Origin: a virus
Strand: one strand, 5' to 3'
IMG/VR virus record: IMGVR_UViG_3300021255_000026
DNA: 39,642 nucleotides
The stretch's first letter is position 1. Every line of letters begins with the position of its first letter. Positions 1 through 9,941 of the stretch are shown here, piece by piece. The notes beneath the pieces are model-generated. The model was not told where the DNA came from. It saw nothing but the letters and a program-made list of their open reading frames with translations, and searched no databases. The position numbers were made by a program, and so were the translations under genes.

Positions 1-107
1 GGGGGGGGGACGAAGTAAAAGAAGTAAAAAACAAGCGTAAGAGATCCAAGAAATGAAAGTAAAGGTTTGCCGTACTTGTATAGCGTATGATCCGGACGAT
101 GAAACGC
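1..107. repeat. Left copy of the 107-bp direct terminal overlap
   Basis: The sequence after the G run (cgaagtaaaagaagtaaaaaacaagcg...gatgaaacgc) is identical to 39545-39642. The copy begins inside a poly-G run. Confidence 0.95.
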
Positions 108-202
108 CCGGCGACGGGACTTGCAGCGTATCAGGTTGTACAGTATGCGAGTACGGCCCCGCCTGTATTGATTGGAGATATTACAAATATTGGAGGCCCT
201 AA
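53..202 (+). CDS. Small Cys-rich protein (49 aa), possible zinc ribbon
   Basis: Hand translation gives MKVKVCRTCIAYDPDDETPGDGTCSVSGCTVCEYGPACIDWRYYKYWRP, with CxxC and CxxC pairs. It is too short for the ORF track. Confidence 0.3.
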   Translation: MKVKVCRTCIAYDPDDETPGDGTCSVSGCTVCEYGPACIDWRYYKYWRP

Positions 203-210
203 AGGCTAAT

Positions 211-429
211 CGTATGGCAAAGAAAAAAGATACAAAGGAGATCGTTGTTAAGATGGTGGCCGGATTTCTTAAAATCCTGATCGATCGATTATATGGTGAA
301 AGCCGATATTTCGATATGAGAGTTTCCCGGATCAAGCGCGGCGTTTGGTCTGTTAAGTTAGAGGTACAGGAATCCGATTACGACTATTTTAATAATCTGA
401 TCGAAGAGATACAGGGTAAGAGCGTATGA
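211..429 (+). CDS. Hypothetical protein
   Basis: The track ORF 172-429 starts on TTG. The in-frame ATG at 211 (MAKKKD...) avoids overlap with the upstream small ORF. Its stop overlaps the next start (ATGA). Confidence 0.5.
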   Translation, partial: RMAKKKDTKEIVVKMVAGFLKILIDRLYGESRYFDMRVSRIKRGVWSVKLEVQESDYDYFNNLIEEIQGKSV

Positions 430-2864
430 AGTTACAACACGATTTTCAGTTAGATATAGCAACGGCCCACAGCCGACTATCTAAGAAATGGAAAAATAAA
501 AAGTGGAGTTGGGCCGATCTGGTTAATCGGTGCAGCGAAACGAAACGTACCGGCGAAAGCGTCAAGGAGTACGCGAAAATGACACGCGAAGAACAAAGCG
601 ACATAAAGGACGTTGGCGGTTTTGTCGGCGGTTATCTTTCCGGAGGTACGCGTAAGACTGCAAACGTTATGTGGCGAAGCGTGGCAACGTTGGATATTGA
701 TTACGGGACAAACGACGTATGGGACGATTTTACGATGCAATTCAATTTCGCGGCGATCCTGTACAGTACCCACAAGCATACGCCAGAGACACCGCGTTTT
801 CGTCTGGTATTCCCGTTGAGCCGTAACGTGAAGCCCAACGAATACGAGCCGCTTTGTCGTAAGATCGCGGCCGCTATTGGTATAGATCTTTTCGATATTA
901 CGACCTATCAGTTGCCGCGTTTATTCTATTGGCCGAGTACAAGCCGAGACGGGGAGTTTGTATTTGAGGTACAGGACGGCCCCGCGTGCAACGTGGACGA
1001 GATATTGGCAACGTACGTAAATCCACAGGACGTTAGCGAGTGGCCGGTATCGAGCCGTGAGGGCGACGTATTGGCCCACGAAATACGTAAGGCCGGCGAT
1101 CCGACAGAGAAACCCGGACTAATAGGCGCGTTTTGTCGCGCGTACGAGATCGAGGAAGCGATTGCAAAGTTTCTGCCAGATACATACGAGCCGACGGCCA
1201 CGCCCGGACGATACACGTACAAAAAGGGATCAGTTGCCGGGGGATTGGTTTGCTACGAGGGCAAATTTGCATACAGCCACCACGAAACGGATCCGGCCGG
1301 CCGTCAGTTGCTAAACGCTTTCGATCTGGTGAGGATCCACAAATACGGGATCTACGACGAGGGCACAAAGGTAACGGATATTACCCGTTTGCCGTCGTAC
1401 CTGAAAATGCAAGATTTCGCGGCCGCCGATAAGGACGTACGCGTATTACTCACTAAGGAACGCCGGGCAGACGCAGCCACAGATTTTGCCGACGTGGATC
1501 TGCAAGAAGCCGGGGACAGCGCAGTATCTACAAATACCGAGTGGATGCAAGATTTGGAGTACGACCGTAAGGGCGCGATTAAGTCAACGGCAAAGAACAT
1601 TATACATATTATCGAAAACGATCCGGAGTTGGCCGGCCACCTTTGGCACGACGAGTTTAGCGGTTTCGATCTCGTTTGCGGAGGTTTGCCGTGGGATCAT
1701 AAGGCGACACAATGGGGCAACAGGGACGACGCGAATTTGCGTATATATCTGGAAGAGAATTACGGCGTAACAGGTAAGGATAAAATTAAGGACGCACGCG
1801 ACGCGGTTTTGACGCGCCACCGTAAGCACCCGATCCGGGAGTACCTTAATAATCTGGAATGGGACGGCGTACCAAGATTGGAAACGCTGATTATCGATTA
1901 TATCGGAGCCGACGACACACCGTTAAATCGTGCAATGACACGTAAGCATTTTACGGCCGCTGTGGCCCGCGTAATGAAACCCGGTTGTAAATACGACTAT
2001 TGCCTGATTATTACCGGAGCCGAGGGAATAGGTAAAAGTACGTTGTTTTCGGTAATGGGAGGCAAATGGTTTAACGATAGTCTGGTTACGATGGAGGGTA
2101 AAAGCGGAATGGAGCAGGCGCGCGGCGGTTGGGTTATTGAATTACCGGAGTTGGGTAGTATCAAGCGATCCGACGTGGAACAGGTGAAAGCCTATATTTC
2201 CCGACAGGATGATACGTACAGGCCGGCGTACGGTACAGTTGTGGAAAAGCACCCGCGCCAATGTATCTTTTGTGGAACCACCAACGAAACGTACTTTTTG
2301 AAAGGTGACACAGGAAACCGTCGTTTCTGGGTGATCCGGGTAAATCCCGATCTGAAACGTTACAGCGACACACGCGAAGATCTGGAGGCCGTACGCGATC
2401 AGTTATGGGCCGAGGCCGTCGAGTATTACCGTCGGGGCGAAAAATTGTACTTGCCCGCTGATCTCGAAGCCGAGGCACGCCAGAAGCAAGCCGAATTTAA
2501 CGACGAGGCCGACGATCCGCTTACAAATATGGTACGCGCGTTTGTCGATATGAAGTTGCCGCCGGATTGGAATACGTGGGATCTCGCACGTCGCCGGGCG
2601 TGGATCCGTAACCCTGATCCTTTGGACGCGGAGGCGACAGATACCCGCGAAAGGTTTTGCGCGCCAGAGTTTATTTGTGAGCGTCTGGGCCGCGATATGG
2701 GCGATAAGGAATACAAGTATTTGGCCCGTAAGATCTGCCGGATAATGGACGCGTCGGACGATTGGGAGCGTATCAGCAGTACGAAACACGCGGCCCGGTT
2801 ATACGGCATACAGAAAGGATTTAGGCGGCGATATACCGGGGAAACTGACGACGCGGATATATAG
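426..2864 (+). CDS. Primase-polymerase / VirE-like P-loop replicative helicase fusion
   Basis: 812 aa. The N-terminal region has LDIDYG (DxD) and STHKH motifs typical of prim-pol or BT4734-like domains. The central Walker A is ITGAEGIGKST and a Walker B-like motif is WVIELPE. It is followed by an iteron cluster. Confidence 0.8.
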   Translation: MKLQHDFQLDIATAHSRLSKKWKNKKWSWADLVNRCSETKRTGESVKEYAKMTREEQSDIKDVGGFVGGYLSGGTRKTANVMWRSVATLDIDYGTNDVWDDFTMQFNFAAILYSTHKHTPETPRFRLVFPLSRNVKPNEYEPLCRKIAAAIGIDLFDITTYQLPRLFYWPSTSRDGEFVFEVQDGPACNVDEILATYVNPQDVSEWPVSSREGDVLAHEIRKAGDPTEKPGLIGAFCRAYEIEEAIAKFLPDTYEPTATPGRYTYKKGSVAGGLVCYEGKFAYSHHETDPAGRQLLNAFDLVRIHKYGIYDEGTKVTDITRLPSYLKMQDFAAADKDVRVLLTKERRADAATDFADVDLQEAGDSAVSTNTEWMQDLEYDRKGAIKSTAKNIIHIIENDPELAGHLWHDEFSGFDLVCGGLPWDHKATQWGNRDDANLRIYLEENYGVTGKDKIKDARDAVLTRHRKHPIREYLNNLEWDGVPRLETLIIDYIGADDTPLNRAMTRKHFTAAVARVMKPGCKYDYCLIITGAEGIGKSTLFSVMGGKWFNDSLVTMEGKSGMEQARGGWVIELPELGSIKRSDVEQVKAYISRQDDTYRPAYGTVVEKHPRQCIFCGTTNETYFLKGDTGNRRFWVIRVNPDLKRYSDTREDLEAVRDQLWAEAVEYYRRGEKLYLPADLEAEARQKQAEFNDEADDPLTNMVRAFVDMKLPPDWNTWDLARRRAWIRNPDPLDAEATDTRERFCAPEFICERLGRDMGDKEYKYLARKICRIMDASDDWERISSTKHAARLYGIQKGFRRRYTGETDDADI

Positions 2865-3117
2865 GTAAACTAAAATGTTCGGTTTACCAAAAAATGTTAA
2901 ATCGGGAAAATCGGAGGTAAACGTAAACCAAACAAAAAATGTTCAGTTTACCAATTTAGTTTACCACGAAACCCCAATAAACAAAGGCGATCCGGACAAA
3001 GGTAAACCAAGTAAACTAAAAATATTATAAAGTTGTAGAGTTATGTTTTTTATATATAAATAATACGTATAACATATAAATTACAAAAAGATACGCGTAC
3101 GCGCGCGAAAGTTTACC
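2864..3117. repeat. Iteron cluster plus AT-rich tract, candidate origin of replication
   Basis: The core GTTTACC/GGTAAAC occurs at 2864, 2882, 2916, 2923, 2946, 2959, 3001, 3011 and 3111 in both orientations. A 19-bp direct repeat aaaatgttc[g/a]gtttaccaa lies at 2872-2890 and 2936-2954. An AT-rich stretch spans about 3018-3092. Confidence 0.6.
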
Positions 3118-3120
3118 ATT

Positions 3121-3462
3121 ATGAAAAAGAGTATCGAGAATATAACAAACCACGCCGAGGTATCAGAAAAGGCGATCGAGAAATATTTAGTAAAGCGAAC
3201 AAAAGAAATTGGTTTGCTTTGCCTGAAATACTCAAACTCAAACACTGTTGGTTATCCGGATCGTATCGTACTGTTACCATATTCCGGGATTATCTGGGTA
3301 GAGTTGAAGAGCAAAGGCGAAAAACCAACTAAGTTGCAGCAGATCCGACACGAAGAGTTACGGGCCGCCGGTCAGGAGGTTTTTGTAATCGACAGTAAAG
3401 AGGGCGTGGACGATCTGGTTAATAAGATCGAATGGATCACAAGAAAGGAGGACGAACAATGA
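3121..3462 (+). CDS. VRR-NUC domain nuclease
   Basis: GYPDRIVLL...IWVELKSKGEKPTKLQ matches the PD-(D/E)xK pattern of VRR-NUC. It is small (113 aa) and lies immediately upstream of an SNF2 helicase, as is usual. Confidence 0.8.
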   Translation: MKKSIENITNHAEVSEKAIEKYLVKRTKEIGLLCLKYSNSNTVGYPDRIVLLPYSGIIWVELKSKGEKPTKLQQIRHEELRAAGQEVFVIDSKEGVDDLVNKIEWITRKEDEQ

Positions 3463-4856
3463 AGTTTACACCGTACGACTATCAAAAAACGGCGATCCGT
3501 TGGATCCTGACAAAAGAACGTTGCGGCCTGTTTCTGGATATGGGATTGGGTAAGACGGTAAGCACACTAACAGCAGTACAGGATATGATCGACGATTGCG
3601 AGATTACAAACGCGTTGGTAGTGGCCCCAAAGAAAGTTGCCGAAACGACGTGGACGACGGAGGCCCAAAAGTGGGATCATTTGCAGAGCCTAAAGGTTGC
3701 AAAGGTGATGGGCACAGAGAAACAACGTAAATTGGCGTTGCAGTCAAAGGCCGACGTTTACGTTATCGGACGCGATAGTTTTGTTTGGTTGGTTGGCCTG
3801 TATGGCGGAATGTTACCGTTTGACGTACTGATTATCGACGAACTCACAAGTTTTAAGAGCGCGAAGAGTAACCGGTTTAAGGCAATGAGAATGGCAACGC
3901 CGACAGTTAAACGGGTGATCGGGTTAACCGGTACGCCGGCCCCTAATGGCTTAATCGATCTTTGGGCACAGATGTATTGTATCGATATGGGCGAGCGTCT
4001 GGGTAAGTCGATAACGAAGTACAGGGAAACGTATTTTGAGACGCACAAGTGGAACAACATTATAGTACGTTGCGATGTTAAAAAAGGGTGCGACGACGTG
4101 ATACGTAAGAAGATCGCCGACATTTGTCTATCAATGCAGGCAAAGGATTATTTACAGTTGCCGGATATGTTAACCCACGTCGTTAAGGTTGAGTTATCGC
4201 CGGCAATGATGAAGCAATACACCACGTTTGAAAAGGAAAAGGTTTTGGAGTTTGCCGAGGAACACGCCGGCGAATCTGCAAACATATTGGCCAACAGCGC
4301 GGCCGGCCTGATGAATAAGTTAAGCCAATTCGCCAACGGTGCAATATACGACGAAGATCGTAACGTACACCATATACACGACGAAAAGTTGGATAAGTTG
4401 GCCGAGATCATAGAAGCCGCAAACGGTAACAACGTATTGGTATTCTATCAGTATAAACACGATATAGACAGGATCCGCCACAAACTCAAAGAGTACACCG
4501 TTAAGGCATACGAGGGAGAGGCACAGTTAAAAGAGTGGAACGCCGGAAAGATCGACGTACTATTGGCACACCCGGCGAGTACGGCGTTTGGCCTGAATAT
4601 GCAAGCCGGAGGCCATTATATCGTATGGTTTGGCACGGGGTGGAATCTGGAGTTATACCAACAGGCAAACGCCCGATTGCACAGACAGGGCCAACAGTAC
4701 CCGGTACAGGTGTACAAACTGATAACGGCAAACACCGTGGACGAGAGGGCAAACGCCGCGTTGGATAACAAGAAAGGCGTACAACAGTCTTTATTAGATA
4801 GTCTTAATTACCTGATCCGTAAGCACAGCGCAGAGGACAAAAACATTGAGTTATGA
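3459..4856 (+). CDS. SNF2/DEAD-like helicase
   Basis: Motifs present are GLGKT (I), IIDELTSF (II), LTGTPAPNG (III) and QANARLHRQGQ (VI). The ATG at 3459 overlaps the upstream stop (ATGA) and follows AGGAGG, so it is preferred to the track start at 3432. Confidence 0.9.
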   Translation: MKFTPYDYQKTAIRWILTKERCGLFLDMGLGKTVSTLTAVQDMIDDCEITNALVVAPKKVAETTWTTEAQKWDHLQSLKVAKVMGTEKQRKLALQSKADVYVIGRDSFVWLVGLYGGMLPFDVLIIDELTSFKSAKSNRFKAMRMATPTVKRVIGLTGTPAPNGLIDLWAQMYCIDMGERLGKSITKYRETYFETHKWNNIIVRCDVKKGCDDVIRKKIADICLSMQAKDYLQLPDMLTHVVKVELSPAMMKQYTTFEKEKVLEFAEEHAGESANILANSAAGLMNKLSQFANGAIYDEDRNVHHIHDEKLDKLAEIIEAANGNNVLVFYQYKHDIDRIRHKLKEYTVKAYEGEAQLKEWNAGKIDVLLAHPASTAFGLNMQAGGHYIVWFGTGWNLELYQQANARLHRQGQQYPVQVYKLITANTVDERANAALDNKKGVQQSLLDSLNYLIRKHSAEDKNIEL

Positions 4857-5182
4857 CAAACGACAAACAATATAATAAAATGATCCATACAAACAGGTGG
4901 CTAAAGTTGAGGCGATCCCAACTAACAAAACACCCGCTTTGTCAGGATTGCGAGGAAAAGGGTAAGATCGAGCCGGCGACAGAAGTACACCACGTAACGC
5001 CTGTATCTGACAAACTCACAAACAGGGAGAAAGAAGTTGCAATGTTCGATCCATACAACCTTAGATCGCTTTGCCACGCGTGCCACGTCGAAAGGCATAA
5101 GGCAATGGGACGATCAGGTAAGGCCCACGCCAAGAGACAGCGAGAGGAACAGTTAAAACAATTTGTAAAAAAATTTTTATGA
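4853..5182 (+). CDS. HNH endonuclease (packaging-associated type)
   Basis: Motifs are CQDC...EVHHVTPV...N...CHACHVERH. It lies just upstream of the terminase genes. Confidence 0.9.
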   Translation: MTNDKQYNKMIHTNRWLKLRRSQLTKHPLCQDCEEKGKIEPATEVHHVTPVSDKLTNREKEVAMFDPYNLRSLCHACHVERHKAMGRSGKAHAKRQREEQLKQFVKKFL

Positions 5183-5347
5183 ATTTGTTAAACGATGTTA
5201 ACGGGGGCCTGTTTTTGAAAAGGGCCGGGGGCCGGTTAAACCTCGCCTCCCCTCTTCTCCACACACGAGGTATTTTTTGGGGCCGTGGGGGATTTCCCAA
5301 TACGAGCCCCATCCGGACAATTTGAACAGACAATAAAACGATTATAT

Positions 5348-6046
5348 ATGGCAGACGATTTGAATTTTGGAGGTTTCAATTTCGGCGGTTTTAATTTTGG
5401 TGGCCAGAAGCCCGCCGCGCCTGATCCGGTACAGGATCCGGCCGACGATCCAACGCCGGACGCGGCCGGGGCCAAGCGCGCCCACCGGCGTACGAAAGCC
5501 TGTACCGAACTTTCACAACGATACGAGTACCGGCGCGCGTTTAGTGAAGTAAAAATGTTGGAGGCAATGCAGTACGTGGAGTTACAGCAGGGCGCAACGT
5601 ATAATTTTATCACGGCCGGCGACGTGGATAGCCTGACGTACTTAAAAGTTGTGTTGAACCAACACGATTTGGATTTCGTGCTTTGCTCAACGTGGTGTAT
5701 GGCGGCCGAGGATATTTTGCAGATCCAAGAATGGTACGAGGCCGGAAAGATCCGCCGTTTCGATATGTATCTGGGCGAGATCTTCCCCGGATCGTATAAG
5801 ATTGAATGGCAAATGATAAAAGATTTCTACGGTAAGCACCCGGAGGCCGGCCGGGCCGCAGTATTCAAGAACCACAGCAAAATATACGCCGGTTACAATG
5901 AGGCCGATAATTTCTATTTCGGTATTCAAACGTCGGCCAACATTAACACCAATCCGAGAACCGAACAAGGGAGTATTACAATAGATAAGGGCCTGTTTGA
6001 CTTTTACAAAGAGTATTTCGACGGGATCCGGAGTTTTGAAAAATAA
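5348..6046 (+). CDS. Hypothetical protein with an N-terminal FNFGG x3 repeat and a possible degenerate HxK...SxN (PLD-like) motif
   Basis: The track ORF starts on GTG at 5285. The in-frame ATG at 5348 gives MADDLNFGGFNFGGFNFGG. The C-terminal region contains NHSKIYAGYNEADNFYFGIQTSANIN. Confidence 0.6.
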   Translation: MADDLNFGGFNFGGFNFGGQKPAAPDPVQDPADDPTPDAAGAKRAHRRTKACTELSQRYEYRRAFSEVKMLEAMQYVELQQGATYNFITAGDVDSLTYLKVVLNQHDLDFVLCSTWCMAAEDILQIQEWYEAGKIRRFDMYLGEIFPGSYKIEWQMIKDFYGKHPEAGRAAVFKNHSKIYAGYNEADNFYFGIQTSANINTNPRTEQGSITIDKGLFDFYKEYFDGIRSFEK

Positions 6047-6051
6047 GTGGT

Positions 6052-6753
6052 ATGGAAAAGCGGGAATTATTCTTAAACAATCTGAAAGCGGCCGGCGGTG
6101 TAATCTGCGTGGCTTGTGAGGCGACCGGCATAAGCCGATCGACATATTACGTTTGGTATAATCAGGATCCAGAGTTTAGGGAACGCGTCGAAGAGGTTAT
6201 GGAGGCCCAAATCGATTACGTCGAATCTAAACTTATGAATCTGATAAACGCCGGCGATACGACGGCCACGATCTTTTACCTAAAGACCAAAGGCCGCCGG
6301 AGAGGTTGGAGCGATAAGGTACAGCAACAACAGCCGGAGTTACCACAGGCCGTTATTATCCCGTCGTTACCCGGCGATATTAAGGAGAGCGCGGAGATAA
6401 AGAAAAAGATTAAGAACAAAAAGGATTATATCGTTAAGTTGCTCAAAGAACAAGGCAAATATACGGCAGAATTGTCGATGCAGGTCAATATCGCGGCCCA
6501 ACTGTTGGTACGTGCTGATATTGTGGCCGCCGACATATCGGCCGACGGGTATAAGATCGTAAACGTCGAAATTTCGAGAGAGGGCAACAACCGTGAGACG
6601 TTGAACCCCAAAGAAAAACTGTATATGGATCTTTTGCAGCAGTCACAGAAAGCGTTAAGGGCTTTGGGTATGAATACGGACGCGAAAGAACGTAAAACGG
6701 ATGGAGACGCGTTTAACGAGTTTATCGAGGATTTCAAAAATGATGAAGAATGA
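6052..6753 (+). CDS. terS: Terminase small subunit (N-terminal HTH plus P27-like C-terminal region)
   Basis: The HTH is ATGISRSTYYVWYNQDPEF. The C-terminal NPKEKLYMDLLQQSQKALRALGMNTDAKERK resembles P27-family TerS. Its stop overlaps the TerL start. Confidence 0.8.
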   Translation: MEKRELFLNNLKAAGGVICVACEATGISRSTYYVWYNQDPEFRERVEEVMEAQIDYVESKLMNLINAGDTTATIFYLKTKGRRRGWSDKVQQQQPELPQAVIIPSLPGDIKESAEIKKKIKNKKDYIVKLLKEQGKYTAELSMQVNIAAQLLVRADIVAADISADGYKIVNVEISREGNNRETLNPKEKLYMDLLQQSQKALRALGMNTDAKERKTDGDAFNEFIEDFKNDEE

Positions 6754-8507
6754 CAGACGAAGAGAAAAGCCGGGAAAGGCAGTTAAAAAAGGATCTGGTT
6801 AACGAGTTGCAGGCGAAGCGTGGCGAGTATCTGGCACGATACGCGTATGCAATGGACGACACCGACAAACGTATTACGGAGTACGTTTTGCAGAATATCG
6901 ACAACCCGGAAGCGCATAATATTTACGAGTTGTACGCGATCCGGCGGTTTTTCCTGTTGCTCGATAAGTACCAATGGAAGCCGAAGAGGGTAAAACGAAA
7001 GATCCGGTTATACGAAAAGATCCGGTTTAGTGGAACCACGGGCCGGCGCAGATATAAATTAACGCCGGTGCAAGTATTCCAGATGGCCAATATCTTTGGT
7101 TTCGCGTTACCGGACGGCCGCCGCCTGATCCGTACGGCGTATATATTCGTACCGCGTAAGTTCAGTAAGACGACGTGGGCCGCATTTCTGGCAGTTGACG
7201 ATCTGTTGTTTGGTGATAACAACGCACAGGCGTACGTCGGCGCAAACTCATACGATCAGGCCAAAATATGTTTCGACGAGATCCGGGCCATTATGCAAGA
7301 TCTCGATCCAACCGAAAAGCACTTTAGGATCAATCGCGAAAAGATTACGTTTAAGGATCGAGGCCGCGACAGCCTGATACAATGCTTAACAGCCAACGCC
7401 AAGACAAAAGACGGTTTGCACGCGTCGTTAGTGATAATGGACGAGTACGCACAGGCAAGGAACACGGCCGGCAAAAACGGCGCAGATCTGAAAAACGTAT
7501 TAACGTCGTCAATGGGCCCGCGCCGTGAGCCGTTGACCGTTATAATAACGACGGCAAGCGACGTTGTGGACGGCCCGTTTGTACACGAATTGGAGGGCGT
7601 AAAGATGGTATTACGCGGAGAGATCGAAAACGATACGATCTTTGCCGCCCTGTTTATGCCAGACGTGGACGATTTCGAGGGCGATCCGGCAACGTGGGCA
7701 AAGGTGCAGCCCCACTTAGGTATAACGGTACAGCCCGATTTTTACGAAAACGAGTGGGCAACGGCGCAATTATCAGCCGAAAATATGTTGGCGTTTAGGA
7801 CGAAATTATTAAATATTTTTGCCGTAAATGCTGAAAAATCGTGGTTTTCTTTGGAAAAAGCAAAAGAACTGTTGGGATCGTTTGATATTGACCAAATACC
7901 GGAAAAAGCCGAGGGCCGCCCGGAGTGCGCCGTTGCGTTTGACCTTTCAGTACGTGACGACTTTAGCGCGGTAACGTACGCCCTGTATCATTCCGACGAA
8001 AAACGGTTTAAGGCCCACACGGATTATTATTTTCCGGAGGGATCGTTACCCGGACACCCCAACGAACAACTTTATAGGCTATGGAACGCGTCCGGCCATT
8101 TGAAATTCTGCAAGGGCAACAAGATCGACGTACGTATGATCGCCGACGATATACTAAGACGAAACCGGAGAGTTAAGATTATCAGGATCGGGTACGACGC
8201 GTATAAGGCTAAAGATCTCGTTAACATACTTGCAACTGCCGGAGCCTCAAACGTAATGTTACCGTTTTCCCAGACGTACGGCAATTTTAATTTACCCGTA
8301 GAATCTTTTGAAATGTTGGCGTATGATGATCCGGTAAAGATCGAGTGGAACAACAACCCGATTAATGCCTATTGCCTAACTAACTGTTTGATCGACGAAG
8401 ATAGGATGGAGAACAAAAAACCGATCAAGATAACGCAGTATCGAAAGATCGACGGCGCGATAACGCTTTTAATGGCTTTAGGGCTTTTGTATTCGTTTGA
8501 GAGGTAG
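6750..8507 (+). CDS. terL: Terminase large subunit
   Basis: 585 aa. It has a PRKFSKTTW Walker A-like motif and an LVIMDEYAQ Walker B, and sits between TerS and the portal gene. Confidence 0.9.
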   Translation: MTDEEKSRERQLKKDLVNELQAKRGEYLARYAYAMDDTDKRITEYVLQNIDNPEAHNIYELYAIRRFFLLLDKYQWKPKRVKRKIRLYEKIRFSGTTGRRRYKLTPVQVFQMANIFGFALPDGRRLIRTAYIFVPRKFSKTTWAAFLAVDDLLFGDNNAQAYVGANSYDQAKICFDEIRAIMQDLDPTEKHFRINREKITFKDRGRDSLIQCLTANAKTKDGLHASLVIMDEYAQARNTAGKNGADLKNVLTSSMGPRREPLTVIITTASDVVDGPFVHELEGVKMVLRGEIENDTIFAALFMPDVDDFEGDPATWAKVQPHLGITVQPDFYENEWATAQLSAENMLAFRTKLLNIFAVNAEKSWFSLEKAKELLGSFDIDQIPEKAEGRPECAVAFDLSVRDDFSAVTYALYHSDEKRFKAHTDYYFPEGSLPGHPNEQLYRLWNASGHLKFCKGNKIDVRMIADDILRRNRRVKIIRIGYDAYKAKDLVNILATAGASNVMLPFSQTYGNFNLPVESFEMLAYDDPVKIEWNNNPINAYCLTNCLIDEDRMENKKPIKITQYRKIDGAITLLMALGLLYSFER

Positions 8508-8636
8508 GCCGTTATAACTATTTTCCTAATAAATCTAAATTTGCGCCACGATGTACCACAATGCGCCGTGATACACCGTGGCGGATTTTTATTTGCTCAA
8601 AATTTAGCATAAATTTGTGGCAAATGTTGATCAACA

Positions 8637-9941
8637 ATGGGATTTTGGAGTAAAATATTTGGCGGCGGAAACGAAGAGCCGGAGCCAATAGTACAGGAAG
8701 AAGCCACCAACGAACAGGCGCGCGAATCCGAACCGGAGGCAACACAGACAGGCCCCCGCGTTGGCGATTATACGCAATTTTTCGATTATGGCATTTCCAA
8801 TACGGCAATGAGCGTTGCCACGGTGTACCGTTGCGTACGCCTGTTGAGCGAAAGCGTGGCAAATTTGCCGTTGCGGTTTATGCGATTAAAGGATGGTATC
8901 TTTGTACCGGACAATAACAGCCGGTTGCACTATCTGTTGACGGTGCAACCGGATAACCACATTAACGCTTTCGACTTTTGGGCGCAGGTTATCGAAAACG
9001 TACTGTTAGACGGCAACGCGTATATTTTCCCGATATACAACCCCGTCACCTTAGAACCCGATCGTTTGGCACTTGCAAAACGCGGGACTGTTAGCCACGA
9101 CACGTACAACGACGAGTACACGGTATTTGATGAAAAGACCGCAATATACGGTACGTTTGGCGAGGATGAAGTAATACACATTAAGGGTATATCCCCAGAC
9201 GGAAAAAGAGGTATTAGCGTATTGAAGTACGCGCAATTAACGTTGAATATCGCCAACGTCGGCGATAAGGAAACGTTTGCGCGTTTCGCCAACGGCGGTA
9301 CTGTTCGCGGTATTATCACCAACGACAAAAGTACGATCGGGTTTGGCGAGTATCAGGACGAGGAATTGAAGAAAGCCGCCCAGAGCGCGGACACCAAGTT
9401 TAAGAACGGCGAGCGCATTATTAGTTTGCCGGGACAGGTGGACTTTAAGCAAATTTCGCTATCCTCAACTGATATGCAGTTTTTGGAGAGCCGAAAGTTT
9501 ACGGTACGCGATATTTGCCGTTTCTTTGGCGTACACCCGTCGTTTGTATTCGACGACACAAGTAACAATTACAAATCGGCGGAAATGGCTAACGTGGCGT
9601 TTTTGTCGAATACGCTTAACCCGATCCTTAGAAAAATCGAGGTTGAGTTATTGCGTAAGTTGGTGGCCCCATCACTCACAGGCAAACGCCTGTTTCAGTT
9701 TGACCGCCGGGGCCTGTACGCGTGCGATCTCGAAAGCCGTATCAAGTACCAGACGCAGACGATCGCGGCCGGTATCTATACCGTTAATGAGTGGCGACAG
9801 GAAGAGAACAAGCCACCCGTACCCGGAGGCGATACGGTTTTGGTATCAGCAAATCTTAGGAATATAACAGAAAGCGGTAAGCCAAAGGCCCAGAAACAGC
9901 CAAAGGCGGATCCCGCAACTAAACAAAACGAAAATGGATAA
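8637..9941 (+). CDS. Portal protein (HK97 family-like)
   Basis: 434 aa. It follows TerL and precedes the prohead protease. Confidence 0.85.
   Translation: MGFWSKIFGGGNEEPEPIVQEEATNEQARESEPEATQTGPRVGDYTQFFDYGISNTAMSVATVYRCVRLLSESVANLPLRFMRLKDGIFVPDNNSRLHYLLTVQPDNHINAFDFWAQVIENVLLDGNAYIFPIYNPVTLEPDRLALAKRGTVSHDTYNDEYTVFDEKTAIYGTFGEDEVIHIKGISPDGKRGISVLKYAQLTLNIANVGDKETFARFANGGTVRGIITNDKSTIGFGEYQDEELKKAAQSADTKFKNGERIISLPGQVDFKQISLSSTDMQFLESRKFTVRDICRFFGVHPSFVFDDTSNNYKSAEMANVAFLSNTLNPILRKIEVELLRKLVAPSLTGKRLFQFDRRGLYACDLESRIKYQTQTIAAGIYTVNEWRQEENKPPVPGGDTVLVSANLRNITESGKPKAQKQPKADPATKQNENG

Noticed and set aside
8553-8600. Possible terminator after TerL (gccacg ... cgtggc followed by ggattttta)
   Set aside because: The stem is only 6 bp and the loop is 26 nt, which is too weak to call. 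The nearby TAaaTTTG-like motifs are also unsupported on their own.
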